A program made the translations under genes and the position numbers. A stretch of 46,329 nt of DNA from Nocardioides sp. (lineage in GTDB: Bacteria; Actinomycetota; Actinomycetes; Propionibacteriales; Nocardioidaceae), in the NCBI RefSeq assembly GCF_034670285.1, contig NZ_JAXMNS010000001.1, positions 1 through 46,329 of the forward strand, read 5' to 3'. Within the stretch, counting starts at the first letter, position 1. Each line of letters opens with the position of its first letter. The notes beneath the pieces are model-generated. The model saw nothing but the letters and a program-made list of their open reading frames with translations, did no database searches and was not told the DNA's origin. This document shows positions 28,066 to 37,443 of the stretch, piece by piece.

Positions 28066-28668
28066 TCAGGCGCCAGTCGCGCCGGGCGAGCGTGGCGCCA
28101 AGCCGTCCAGGAGGAGCCGGGCGACGCCGTTGGCGATGGCGTCCATCTCCCGATGGGCGCCCATGATGGCCTCCATTAGGCCGGCGATCGTGACGGTCCC
28201 GAAGATCATGACTGCCTCTGACATGGGGTCCTCGGCCCGGCGCAGGGAACCATCCTCAGCCCCTTCGCGTAGGAGTTTCTCAACCGGCTCGTAGAAGGCT
28301 GCACTGAGTGCCGCTGCGAGTTCGGGTAGGCGGGTGGCTCGACCGAGATCGCCGACCAAAGCCCGGCACGAGGCAGGGTTACGGAGCATCACACCCAATT
28401 GAGCGCGGACGACACCGGCCAGGCGTTCGCTGGCCCGCCCCTCAGCACTCACGGCTACGGCAACATCGCCGGCGATTGCTGTCAGAAGGTCCTTGAGCAA
28501 GAACGCGAGGATCTCCTCCTTGCCGGTGAAGTAGTAATACAAGGTCGCCTTGGGCACACCGCTGGCCTCGGCTATGTCGTCGATCTTGGTGTTGTCTAAC
28601 CCTTGATCGGCAATGAGCTCGGCCGCTCCGTAGAGCTTGGTCGCGAGCTGCACCGGCAGTTCCCTCAT
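28066..28668 (-). CDS. TetR-family regulator
   Basis: TKIDDIAEASGVPKATLYYYFTGKEEIL; RBS GGAGG upstream. Confidence 0.92.
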   Translation of the reverse strand: MRELPVQLATKLYGAAELIADQGLDNTKIDDIAEASGVPKATLYYYFTGKEEILAFLLKDLLTAIAGDVAVAVSAEGRASERLAGVVRAQLGVMLRNPASCRALVGDLGRATRLPELAAALSAAFYEPVEKLLREGAEDGSLRRAEDPMSEAVMIFGTVTIAGLMEAIMGAHREMDAIANGVARLLLDGLAPRSPGATGA

Positions 28669-28716
28669 TGACCCTCCTGGAAGTCGAGGTCAGCCTAGCG
28701 TTCCATGCTAAGAGTT

Positions 28717-28873
28717 TGTACTCTCCGTACAGCACTGTGGCGAGAGGCATGAGATGGGGTTTGGTCAAACCCGGTCGTCATAACAAGCATCTTCGGCCCG
28801 ATCGGGCCACCTGGCCTCGACCTCGACCTCGACCTCATCCTGTGTTGTACTGATAGTCCAAACTCTCAGTCCA
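28717..28873. promoter_or_regulatory. Candidate TetR operators in the tetR-mmpL divergent region
   Basis: TGTAC-N5-GTACA (28717-28731), TGTAC-N5-GTCCA (28846-28860) and a degenerate CAAAC-N5-GTCCA (28859-28873). Confidence 0.55.
28815..28836. repeat. Short tandem repeat (CCTCGA)x3 + CCTC
   Basis: cctcga cctcga cctcga cctc read directly. Confidence 0.8.
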
Positions 28874-28891
28874 GACGATTGGTGTTGAGCC

Positions 28892-31800
28892 GTGGGACGT
28901 GGTGTTCGGACCGGGATCGGTGGACCGGTGCGGTTTGTCCTCGGGTTGGGACACCGCTTTCCAGCGATCGTGGTGTTCGGCTGGGTGCTGGCCGCCGCGG
29001 CGCTCTCGCTGCTGGTGACCCCGCTGGGGGCGGTGGTGGAACGGAGCAGCACCGCGTTCCTGCCAGAGGACTCCCCGACTCTGAACGGGCTGCGGGTGAT
29101 GGACAGCGCGTTCGGGTCTGGCACCACTCAGTCGTACGTGTTCGTGGTCATCACCGACGACGACGGCCTAGGCGTCGGTGACCGCCGCGTCTACGCCGAC
29201 CTGGTGCGCACCCTCGAGGAGGAGCCGGCGCGGGTCTCGGAAGTCCAGGATTCCCTCGGCCAACCGCAGCTTCGGCGCTCGATGACCAGCAAGGACGGCC
29301 AGGCGACCTACCTGGTCGTCGGGCTCCGGTCCGCGGTCGGCTCGCCGGCCTCGGACGAGGACGTGAAGTGGGTCCGCTCGGTTGTCGAGGATCTCGATGC
29401 TCCATCCGGTACGGAGGTCTATGTCACCGGAGATCCGGCGATGATCTCCGACCTGACCACAGCCGTGAACGACGCCTCATTGAAGATCACGGCCGTGTCC
29501 CTGCTCCTGCTACTCGGCATCTTGTGGCTGGTCTACCGCCGGGTCGCAACCGTCCTGATCTCGCTGGTGACCATCGGCATCGCCTTGTTGTGCACCCGCG
29601 GTGCCCTGGCGTGGGCAGGTGAGCACGGGCTGGCACTCTCCACCTACACCGATGCGTTCGTCGTGGCCATCACCTTGGGGGCAGGGACCGACTACTGTGT
29701 CTTCCTCATTTCCCGCTTCCGTGAGGAGTACGGCAACGGCCTCGACCCCCTCGACGCGGTCGTTGAGTCGGTCTCCCGGGTCGGGCCCGCCCTGCTTGCC
29801 TCCGCGGCAACCGTCATCCTTGGCGCCATTTCGCTGGGCTTCACCGACCTGGCCATCTTCGCCACCACGGGCCCACCGATGGCGATCTGTGTCGCCGTCA
29901 CCGTCGCGGTCAGCCTCACCTTTACCCCCGCTCTGATGCGCTGGTTCGGACCTCGCATCGGGCCCGCCCCGGCTACGCGAGCGGACTCGCGGTGGGCCCG
30001 CACCGGTCGGCTCGTGGGACGCCACCCGGCCCGGATCCTCGTCGCCGGTGTGACGGTGCTGGTCCTGCTGGCCCTCGCGCTGCCCACGATGCAGCTCTCC
30101 TACGATGAACGCGCCGCCCAGCCGCCCGACACCCCGAGCAACCTGGGACTGGCGGCGATGGCCGAGCACTTCCCGCCTAACCAGACGCTGCCTGACTACC
30201 TGCTCATCCGCTCCGACCACGACATGGCCAACACCCGCGACCTGGCCGTTCTGAACTCGATCAGCACGGCTGTGACCAAGGTCGACGGCGTCGACCAGGT
30301 CCGCAGCATCACCCAGCCAGCCGGCAAGCGGCTGAAACCCGCCTCCATCGCCAACCAGCTCGGGAGGCTCGCCAAGGGACTCGACAAGGCCGACCGCAAG
30401 CTGGAGTCCGCAGAGCCGGGCCTGGAGCGACTCGCGTCAGGGGCCGGAGGCCTCGAGGACGCCCTCGATTTGGTCTCCACCGGCGCCGGGAAGGCCCAGG
30501 ACGGCGCCGAGAAGCTCAGCGACGGCAGCCGCCGCATCGCCGGAGGTCTGGGGCGGGCCGCCGATCGCACCGGGCGGGCCGCAGACGGAGCCACCCGGCT
30601 GCGCGACGGCGGCGCCGCACTGGCCGCCGGGCTCCGCACCGCCCACGACCAGGTCGCCCAGGCCGTCGACGGGCTCCGGATGATCATCGAAGCCCTCGAG
30701 GGCGACACGATCTGTACCGCCGACCCGACCTGCAGGCGTTCGCGTGAGGGCCTGCGCAAGATCTACACCGGCCAACGCGACGAGCTCTTGCCCGGACTGG
30801 CGCAAGCTGCCGCCGGCGCCGAACGCCTCGCCGCCGGCGACGGGCGCCTCGCGACCGGCCTCGACCAGCTCACCGAGGGCCTCCGCCGAGCACAGTCGGG
30901 AAGCAACCGGATCGCCGACGGCCAAGCCCTGCTGAGCGAGAACCTCGGCGAGCTCGAAGGCGGCACGGACCGGCTCGCCACCGGCGCTGCCGGCATCGCC
31001 CCGGGTATCGAGGAGCTCCTGACCCGGACCGAGGAACTGCGCGGCGGGCTCGACGACTCCGGTGACTACCTCCAAGCGGTCAACCAGCGCGCCGACACCC
31101 CGGAGGCCGGAGGCTTCTACCTCCCCGCCGCCGCGCTCGATAGGCCCGACTTCGCCCTGGCTCGCACCCAGTTCCTCTCCGAGGACGGGAAACTGGCCCG
31201 CATCCAGGTCACCGGCGACACCGACCCCCTCACACCCGCCGGGCAGCAGCGCTACAACGAGATCCAAGACGCCGCCGAGCAAGCCATGAACAACACCCGC
31301 CTCGACGACTCCACGATCCTCGCCACCGGCGCCGCCGGCCTCGGGGCCGACCTGGCCCACTACCTCACCGACGACGCCGCCCTCGTAGTCCTGGCAGTCC
31401 TGCTCTTGGTGCTCCTCATCCTCATCCTCACCCTGCGCGCCCTCACCGCACCGATCTACCTGCTGGCCTCCGTCGTGCTGTCCTGCGCGGCCGCACTGGG
31501 GCTCACCACGCTCGTCTTCCAGCACCTGATCGGACAGGACATCCACTTCACCGTCCCGGTCATCGTATTTGTCCTACTCGTCGCCGTCGGCGCGGACTAC
31601 AACATCCTGCTCATGAGCCGGATGCGCGAAAGCGGCCTCGCCTTGGACCGCGACGAGGTCGCCCGCGCAGTCACCGCCACCGGACCCGTCATCACCGCCG
31701 CCGGCCTCATCTTCGCTTCCACCTTCGTGGCCCTGCTGTTCTCTCCCGTCGAAGCGCTCGCCCAGACCGGGTTCGCCGTCGCAGCCGGACTCCTGCTCGA

Positions 31801-31939
31801 CACCTTCATCGTCCGCACCCTCGTCGTGCCCGCCTGCGCGGCCCTGTTCGAGGACCGCAGCTGGTGGCCACACCGCAGGACAACGCTCGCCGCCCCAGCC
31901 GCACTGCAGCCAGCCACCACGTCCGAGACACATGCGTGA
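28892..31939 (+). CDS. MMPL/RND-family transporter with a central heptad-repeat region
   Basis: GAGTDYCVFLISRFREE and AVGADYNILLMSRMRE (paired DY motifs), LLDTFIVRTLVVPA. Start position uncertain. Confidence 0.9.
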   Translation: MGRGVRTGIGGPVRFVLGLGHRFPAIVVFGWVLAAAALSLLVTPLGAVVERSSTAFLPEDSPTLNGLRVMDSAFGSGTTQSYVFVVITDDDGLGVGDRRVYADLVRTLEEEPARVSEVQDSLGQPQLRRSMTSKDGQATYLVVGLRSAVGSPASDEDVKWVRSVVEDLDAPSGTEVYVTGDPAMISDLTTAVNDASLKITAVSLLLLLGILWLVYRRVATVLISLVTIGIALLCTRGALAWAGEHGLALSTYTDAFVVAITLGAGTDYCVFLISRFREEYGNGLDPLDAVVESVSRVGPALLASAATVILGAISLGFTDLAIFATTGPPMAICVAVTVAVSLTFTPALMRWFGPRIGPAPATRADSRWARTGRLVGRHPARILVAGVTVLVLLALALPTMQLSYDERAAQPPDTPSNLGLAAMAEHFPPNQTLPDYLLIRSDHDMANTRDLAVLNSISTAVTKVDGVDQVRSITQPAGKRLKPASIANQLGRLAKGLDKADRKLESAEPGLERLASGAGGLEDALDLVSTGAGKAQDGAEKLSDGSRRIAGGLGRAADRTGRAADGATRLRDGGAALAAGLRTAHDQVAQAVDGLRMIIEALEGDTICTADPTCRRSREGLRKIYTGQRDELLPGLAQAAAGAERLAAGDGRLATGLDQLTEGLRRAQSGSNRIADGQALLSENLGELEGGTDRLATGAAGIAPGIEELLTRTEELRGGLDDSGDYLQAVNQRADTPEAGGFYLPAAALDRPDFALARTQFLSEDGKLARIQVTGDTDPLTPAGQQRYNEIQDAAEQAMNNTRLDDSTILATGAAGLGADLAHYLTDDAALVVLAVLLLVLLILILTLRALTAPIYLLASVVLSCAAALGLTTLVFQHLIGQDIHFTVPVIVFVLLVAVGADYNILLMSRMRESGLALDRDEVARAVTATGPVITAAGLIFASTFVALLFSPVEALAQTGFAVAAGLLLDTFIVRTLVVPACAALFEDRSWWPHRRTTLAAPAALQPATTSETHA

Positions 31940-31961
31940 ACCGACAACCGAGAGAGATGCG

Positions 31962-33140
31962 ATGAGTAACCAGCAGCTGACTTACAGCCCCTTCGACCCG
32001 GAAGTCATGGCGGACCCATACCCCGTCTACCGCGAGCTGCGCGCCCACGCTCCCGTGTACTGGTCCTCCCAGGCCAACTGTTGGGTGCTCAGCCGCTACG
32101 ACGACGTCTGCGTGGCCCTCGCCGACCCGGCGACGTACTCCTCGGCGTCCGGGATCTTTCCCACCCCACCCGGGGTGGACATGACCGACCTGTTTCTGCC
32201 GATGCTCATCATGAGCGACCCACCCCGGCACACCCAGCTGCGTCACCTCGTCAGCAAGGCCTTCACCCCACGCCGCATCACCGAGCTCGAGCCACACATC
32301 CATAGCATCGTCGACGACCTCCTCGACCAGGTTCCCGCCGCTGGCCCGTGGGACTTCGTCTCCAGGTTCGCCGGGCCCCTCCCGGCCATCGTCATCGCCG
32401 ACATGCTCGGTGTCCCACGAGAAGACCGCGACCAGTTCCGGACCTGGTCCACCACGCTCATCCAATCGAACCCCACACGAGGCGAGTTCGGCCCCGGCCT
32501 GGACGCCGCCGCGGCGCTCTACGAGTACTTCTCGGCGTTCCTCACCGCACGACGCGCGCACCCCCGAGACGACCTCATGACCGCACTCGTCCAGGCCGAA
32601 GTCGATGGCGAACACCTCAGCGACGACGAACTCCTCGGCTTCTGTCTGCTGCTGCTCGTCGCCGGACACGAAACCACCACCAACCTGCTCTCCAACAGCG
32701 CCGTCATCCTCGCCCAGCACCCCGAGACCCGTCGGCAGCTGGCAGACAACCCAGATCTCATCCCGGCCGCGGTCGAGGAGCTGCTCCGCTACGACTCACC
32801 GGTCCAAGGCCTCGCGCGCACCCTGACCCAGCAAGTTGACCTGCACGGACAACCCATGAAGGCCGGCGACACCGTGCTGTTGCTCTTCGGCTCGGCCAAC
32901 CGAGACGACCACGCGTTTCCCGACGCCGACCACTTCGACATCAACCGTCGCCCCGAACGACAGGTCGCGTTCGGACGCGGCATCCACTTCTGCCTCGGCG
33001 CATCCCTTGCCCGCCTCGAAGCACGCGTCGCTCTGCAAGCGCTCCTAGCCCGCCAACACGACTGGGGCGTCGACCTCGACTCAGCGGTCCGACTGCGCTC
33101 CGGTCCGATTCGGGGCTACTCCTCGCTACTCGTGCACTAG
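31962..33140 (+). CDS. Cytochrome P450 (not CYP153; loosely CYP123/CYP130-like)
   Basis: AGHETT I-helix, EELLRY, FGRGIHFCLG. Alternative start at 31932. Confidence 0.92.
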   Translation: MSNQQLTYSPFDPEVMADPYPVYRELRAHAPVYWSSQANCWVLSRYDDVCVALADPATYSSASGIFPTPPGVDMTDLFLPMLIMSDPPRHTQLRHLVSKAFTPRRITELEPHIHSIVDDLLDQVPAAGPWDFVSRFAGPLPAIVIADMLGVPREDRDQFRTWSTTLIQSNPTRGEFGPGLDAAAALYEYFSAFLTARRAHPRDDLMTALVQAEVDGEHLSDDELLGFCLLLLVAGHETTTNLLSNSAVILAQHPETRRQLADNPDLIPAAVEELLRYDSPVQGLARTLTQQVDLHGQPMKAGDTVLLLFGSANRDDHAFPDADHFDINRRPERQVAFGRGIHFCLGASLARLEARVALQALLARQHDWGVDLDSAVRLRSGPIRGYSSLLVH

Positions 33141-33178
33141 GTCAGACGCACCCCTCAGCCCTAGGGAAGGAGCAACCT

Positions 33179-33706
33179 ATGAAGGACAAACCGAAGCCGA
33201 GCCGCGCCGGCGTCCTCCACCAGGTAATCGAGGAGATCCTTTCTCGAAAGGACGGGCAGATCCCACCCGACATCGAAGGCATCGACGTACTTTTCGACGG
33301 CATCGACGACCTCGCGAACGCCCTGCTGCTTCGATGGCACACCCGCCTGGTGGCATCACTAGAACGGGGACTCGCCGACGAACCCGAGGACCGCGAGGAA
33401 GCCGTCATCGAGGCATGGCGGCACGCCACCTGGATCTACTGGGGCGTCCGGAAGGTCATCGACGACCTCGCGGACCACCCACCCACCAAAGAAGTTGCTC
33501 ACGCCGTCCGCACGACCGCACACAACGACCGGGCAGCCATGGCTCTCGCGGCCGGCCTGGCCAGCGGCTACGACGAACCAGCAATTCGAGTCGGCCACCG
33601 ACTCGAACTCGAAGCGCGACGACGCAATCTCGTAGAGCACAGCACGGCCCGCATCCCCCGGCAGCGAACCGTGCTCGGCAAGGTCAAAGCAATACTCACC
33701 GGTTAA
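33179..33706 (+). CDS. Hypothetical helical protein
   Basis: 175-aa ORF with AAGGAG RBS and coding-like composition, co-oriented with mmpL and the P450. Confidence 0.7.
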   Translation: MKDKPKPSRAGVLHQVIEEILSRKDGQIPPDIEGIDVLFDGIDDLANALLLRWHTRLVASLERGLADEPEDREEAVIEAWRHATWIYWGVRKVIDDLADHPPTKEVAHAVRTTAHNDRAAMALAAGLASGYDEPAIRVGHRLELEARRRNLVEHSTARIPRQRTVLGKVKAILTG

Positions 33707-33927
33707 GGGAGCTGGGCCTGAAGTTGCGATAGTGGTTCACCACCGACGTGATCTCTGTTCTCAGCCGTAGATGAGTACCCGCGTAACGCTCGACGTCAGC
33801 GATGAGGACACGAATCGTTGGCCCTTGCTGACCGTCGCTGGCCGCTCAACTTTCTCGCCCAGCACCGGTTCGGCTCACTCTTCAAGCCTTACAAATCGTC
33901 GGCACGCATGCTACGAAGGATCGTGTT

Positions 33928-33952
33928 GGGTCGCCCTTGGACGGGCGACCCA
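33928..33952. repeat. Inverted repeat upstream of the relaxase (oriT candidate)
   Basis: TGGGTCGCCC...GGGCGACCCA, perfect 10-bp arms. Confidence 0.5.
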
Positions 33953-34032
33953 GAGTCGATTTTCAGGGTAGTTGTTGGACGTTGCTGGCAGTGACTGTGG
34001 CGGCGTCCGGGACCGGATTCGGGGTGGTCGGG

Positions 34033-36783
34033 GTGCGTGGTGGGATGAAGTTCTACCGCGGCAGCGCCGCTGCGGCACGCTCCTACGTCGAGGCCGATCA
34101 CTCCCGTGCCGATGACTACTACCTCGGCGAGGGTGCCGGGGTCGCGGCCCGGTTCGTCGTCGATGTGAGGCACTCGGTGAGCCCCACTGTGCGGCAGGGT
34201 GACGACTTGGACGGCGACGCCTATGAGCGGTGGGTCGGCGGATACGACGTCGACACCGGCGCGGCGAAGGGCCGGCTCCGAGACGATGCGAACGCGTTAC
34301 GGTTCGTCGAGGTCACCGTCAACGGCCCGAAGACCTGGTCGCTGGCGGCCGCGTTGCACCCGGAGATCTCGGCCGCGTTGGACGCCGCGCAGGACCAGGC
34401 CGCGGCCCAGATCATCAGCTGGGTCGGCGCGCACGCCACCACGAGGATCGGACCGCGTGGGCGTCAGGTCCAGGTGCCCGTCGAACGTGTCGAGGCTGCG
34501 GTGATCCGCCATCACACCTCACGTGCGGGTGACCCGCACCGCCACCTGCACCTGCAGATCAACGCCCGCGTCTTCGCCGCCGGCGGGTGGCGCGGCATCC
34601 ACTCGGTCGGGGCACGGGACTCCTTGGAGGCGATCAACGGGATCGGGCACGCAGCAGTCGTCACCGACCCCGGGTTCCGGGCAGCACTCGCCGCGCACGG
34701 GTTCACCTTCGACCCGAGCACCGGTGACATCTCAGAGTTGGCGACGTACGCGGGACGGTTCAGTGCTCGGGCGGCGCAGATCGGACGCAACGTCGACGCC
34801 TTTGAAGCGACATGGCGGGCGGCGCACCCCCGCCAGGAACCCGGACCCAAGCTCCGGCGGACCTGGGACCGGCGGGCCTGGTCCCAAGCACGACCCGACA
34901 AGGTCGTCCCGACCGACGGGGCGACGATGGTTGCGGCCTGGAACGAGGACCTCCACGAACTCGGCTACCGCGACAGGTCAGCACCGAGCACGCGCACCTC
35001 GGTTTCCACGCCGAGCGTGGGCAGCCTCGATCGTGACGCAGCTGTCGAGGTCGTGCTGTCGCGGTCGGGGGCGAAGCGCTCGGCGTGGAACGCAGCCGAT
35101 ATCCGGGGACACGTCGAGCAGTGGATCGCCGCGACCGGGATTGTGGTCGAGGCTGGGGTGCGCCTCGAGTTGGCCGAGGACCTCACCGCTCGTGCCCTGT
35201 CCGTGTGCACACCGTTGTTGGACCGTGACGACGTCCCAGAGCACGTCCGGGCCTTGTCGTCGCCGCGGGTGATCGGGGTCGAGGACCGCATCACCGAGCT
35301 GTTGGGGGTGCTGGCCTACAGCCGCGGAGGGGACGCCGACCTCGACCCACACCTCAGCGCAAGCCTTGACCCAGCCCAGAAGCAAGCTGTCGCTGCCCTG
35401 GCCGGCACCAAGCACCTCCTCGTTGTTGAGGGTGCTGCCGGGGCGGGGAAGACCACGACCCTCACCGCCACCAAGACAGCCCTGGCCGCCCAAGGTCGGC
35501 GGTTGATGGTCGTGACACCGACCCTGAAAGCAGCCGGGGTCGCGGCCGCAGAGATCGACGGCCCCGCGTTCTCCGCGGCGTGGTTGGTGCATCAGTGGGG
35601 GTGGCGCTGGGACGCCGACGGCCACTGGACCCAGGAGTTCCAGGCCCCGACCGACCCCGCCGCACGACTTGACCCCGGTGACCTGCTGGTCATCGATGAG
35701 GCCGGGATGCTCGACCAGGACACCGCCCGCGCCCTCCTCGAGGTCGCCCAGGAAACCCAGGTGCGGGTCGCGTTCATCGGTGATCGTCACCAGCTCCCAG
35801 CCGTCGGGCGTGGGGGTGTCCTCGACCTCGCCACCCAACACGCCGGAGCTGAGGCGACAGTGTGCCTCGACGTCGTGCACCGCTTCGCCGACCCCGCCTA
35901 CGCCGACCTCAGCGTCGCCATGCGACGAGGAGACCCGGTCTTCGACCAGCTCTGGGAGGACGGCCACATCGTCCTCCATGCGAGTGAGGCCGAGCGGACC
36001 CAGACTCTCGCCACCCAGGCTGCGGAGGCGATCCTGGCCGGGCACACCAGCAGGGCGCTGATGGCCGACACCCGCGAGCAAGTCGCCGCCCTCAACGCAG
36101 CCATCCGCGACCGCCTCGTCGCAGCCGGCCTCGTCGATGACCACACCGTCGTGACGACCCGGGCCGGCGAGCGGCTCGGGGTCGGGGACCGGGTCGCGAC
36201 CCGCCGCAACGACCTCCAACACGGTCTGGCGAACCGTCAGACCTGGACCATCACCGCCATCAACCCCGCCACCGGCTACGTCCTCACGACCTCGAAAGAC
36301 GATGGCCCGGCCCTGGAGCTGACGTTGCGCAACGAGCACGGCATCACCCGACAGGTGCCGTCCTGGTACGCCTCAGCGTGGGTCGAGTCCGCCTACGCCA
36401 CCACCGTCTACGGCGCCCAGGGCGAGACCACCGCTGTCGGGCACCTGGTCCTGGGCCAGGGCACAACCGCAGCATCTGCCTACGTGGGGATGACCCGCGG
36501 ACGGCGCGCCAACACCGCCCACCTGATCGCTGAGACCCCAGCACAAGCCCGGACCATGTGGGAAGGCGCCTGCTCGCGCGAACGGGCCGACCTCGGAGTC
36601 GCGCACGCCCGACTGCAAGCTGTCGATGACATCGACCGCTACGGCCCCATCGGACACCCCTCGGTCAAGAAGGTCCCGCGGCAACCCGAGACCGAACGGA
36701 AACGAGTCCACGACCCCGCCCACGTCACCTCTCCGCACCGCTCGCGGAGCTCCTCGAAGTCCGGCCCCAGCATCGGGTTCTGA
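34033..36783 (+). CDS. MOBF (TrwC-like) relaxase fused to a RecD-like helicase
   Basis: ADDYY catalytic tyrosines, GPKTWSL, HHTSRAGDPHRHLH HUH motif, GAAGAGKT, IDEAGM, GDRHQL, YVGMTRGR; start reassigned to GTG 34033. Confidence 0.93.
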   Translation: MRGGMKFYRGSAAAARSYVEADHSRADDYYLGEGAGVAARFVVDVRHSVSPTVRQGDDLDGDAYERWVGGYDVDTGAAKGRLRDDANALRFVEVTVNGPKTWSLAAALHPEISAALDAAQDQAAAQIISWVGAHATTRIGPRGRQVQVPVERVEAAVIRHHTSRAGDPHRHLHLQINARVFAAGGWRGIHSVGARDSLEAINGIGHAAVVTDPGFRAALAAHGFTFDPSTGDISELATYAGRFSARAAQIGRNVDAFEATWRAAHPRQEPGPKLRRTWDRRAWSQARPDKVVPTDGATMVAAWNEDLHELGYRDRSAPSTRTSVSTPSVGSLDRDAAVEVVLSRSGAKRSAWNAADIRGHVEQWIAATGIVVEAGVRLELAEDLTARALSVCTPLLDRDDVPEHVRALSSPRVIGVEDRITELLGVLAYSRGGDADLDPHLSASLDPAQKQAVAALAGTKHLLVVEGAAGAGKTTTLTATKTALAAQGRRLMVVTPTLKAAGVAAAEIDGPAFSAAWLVHQWGWRWDADGHWTQEFQAPTDPAARLDPGDLLVIDEAGMLDQDTARALLEVAQETQVRVAFIGDRHQLPAVGRGGVLDLATQHAGAEATVCLDVVHRFADPAYADLSVAMRRGDPVFDQLWEDGHIVLHASEAERTQTLATQAAEAILAGHTSRALMADTREQVAALNAAIRDRLVAAGLVDDHTVVTTRAGERLGVGDRVATRRNDLQHGLANRQTWTITAINPATGYVLTTSKDDGPALELTLRNEHGITRQVPSWYASAWVESAYATTVYGAQGETTAVGHLVLGQGTTAASAYVGMTRGRRANTAHLIAETPAQARTMWEGACSRERADLGVAHARLQAVDDIDRYGPIGHPSVKKVPRQPETERKRVHDPAHVTSPHRSRSSSKSGPSIGF

Positions 36784-36833
36784 CCCACCCACGCCCCGCG
36801 AAGCCCCATTTCGAGTCCTCATCGACATCTCGT

Positions 36834-36942
36834 CGAAAGTTTTTTCAACTTTCGGACGGGCGCTCGCTGACCTGCACAAACACCACCACCAGGGCTGCGC
36901 CCGTCCTGCGCCCGTCCCAGGACGGCGCACCCAGGACGGGCG
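36834..36942. repeat. Cluster of inverted and direct repeats between relaxase and xis
   Basis: CGAAAGTT-N5-AACTTTCG, and the motif CGCCCGTCC/GGACGGGCG at 36854, 36898, 36909, 36934 plus a 1-nt-short copy at 36920. Confidence 0.7.
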
Positions 36943-37050
36943 TTTATTGGTGCGCACCCTGAGGAGAGTTGACCCCGCACTGTCCACTCAGCACCCATCA
37001 CGCGCTTGCAGGACACGCGACAACACCACACCCATCACCAGGAGAAGCCC

Positions 37051-37296
37051 ATGACCACCGCCCTCAACGACGACCACCACGAGCACGACGAAATGCTCAC
37101 CATCGAAGAAGCCGCCGCCCTGCTCCGAGTCCCCGTCGCCACGATGCGCTACTGGCGCTACACCGGCGAGGGACCCTTCAGCTTCAAAGTCCAACGCCAC
37201 GTCCGCTACTGGCGCACCGACCTCATCGTGTGGCGCGGCGAGCAAGGCCGCCGACCTGAGCAGAGTTCTCCACACCCGGACGGCTCGAAGAAGTGA
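37051..37296 (+). CDS. Excisionase-like helix-turn-helix protein
   Basis: MLTIEEAAALLRVPVATMRYWR..GEGP...VRY; AGGAG RBS; lies directly upstream of the integrase. Confidence 0.85.
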   Translation: MTTALNDDHHEHDEMLTIEEAAALLRVPVATMRYWRYTGEGPFSFKVQRHVRYWRTDLIVWRGEQGRRPEQSSPHPDGSKK

Positions 37297-37443
37297 ACAT
37301 CGGCGAACCGAGCAAAACTGATAACGGGGATGAGCGATCACGGCCCGAGCAGCTGCACCACCCCAGCGTTGTTCGGGCACAGCGACCCTTCAGTTCGCGT
37401 CTGAGGCTCGCGCACCACGCCATCACAGGAGAGGATCACAGGC

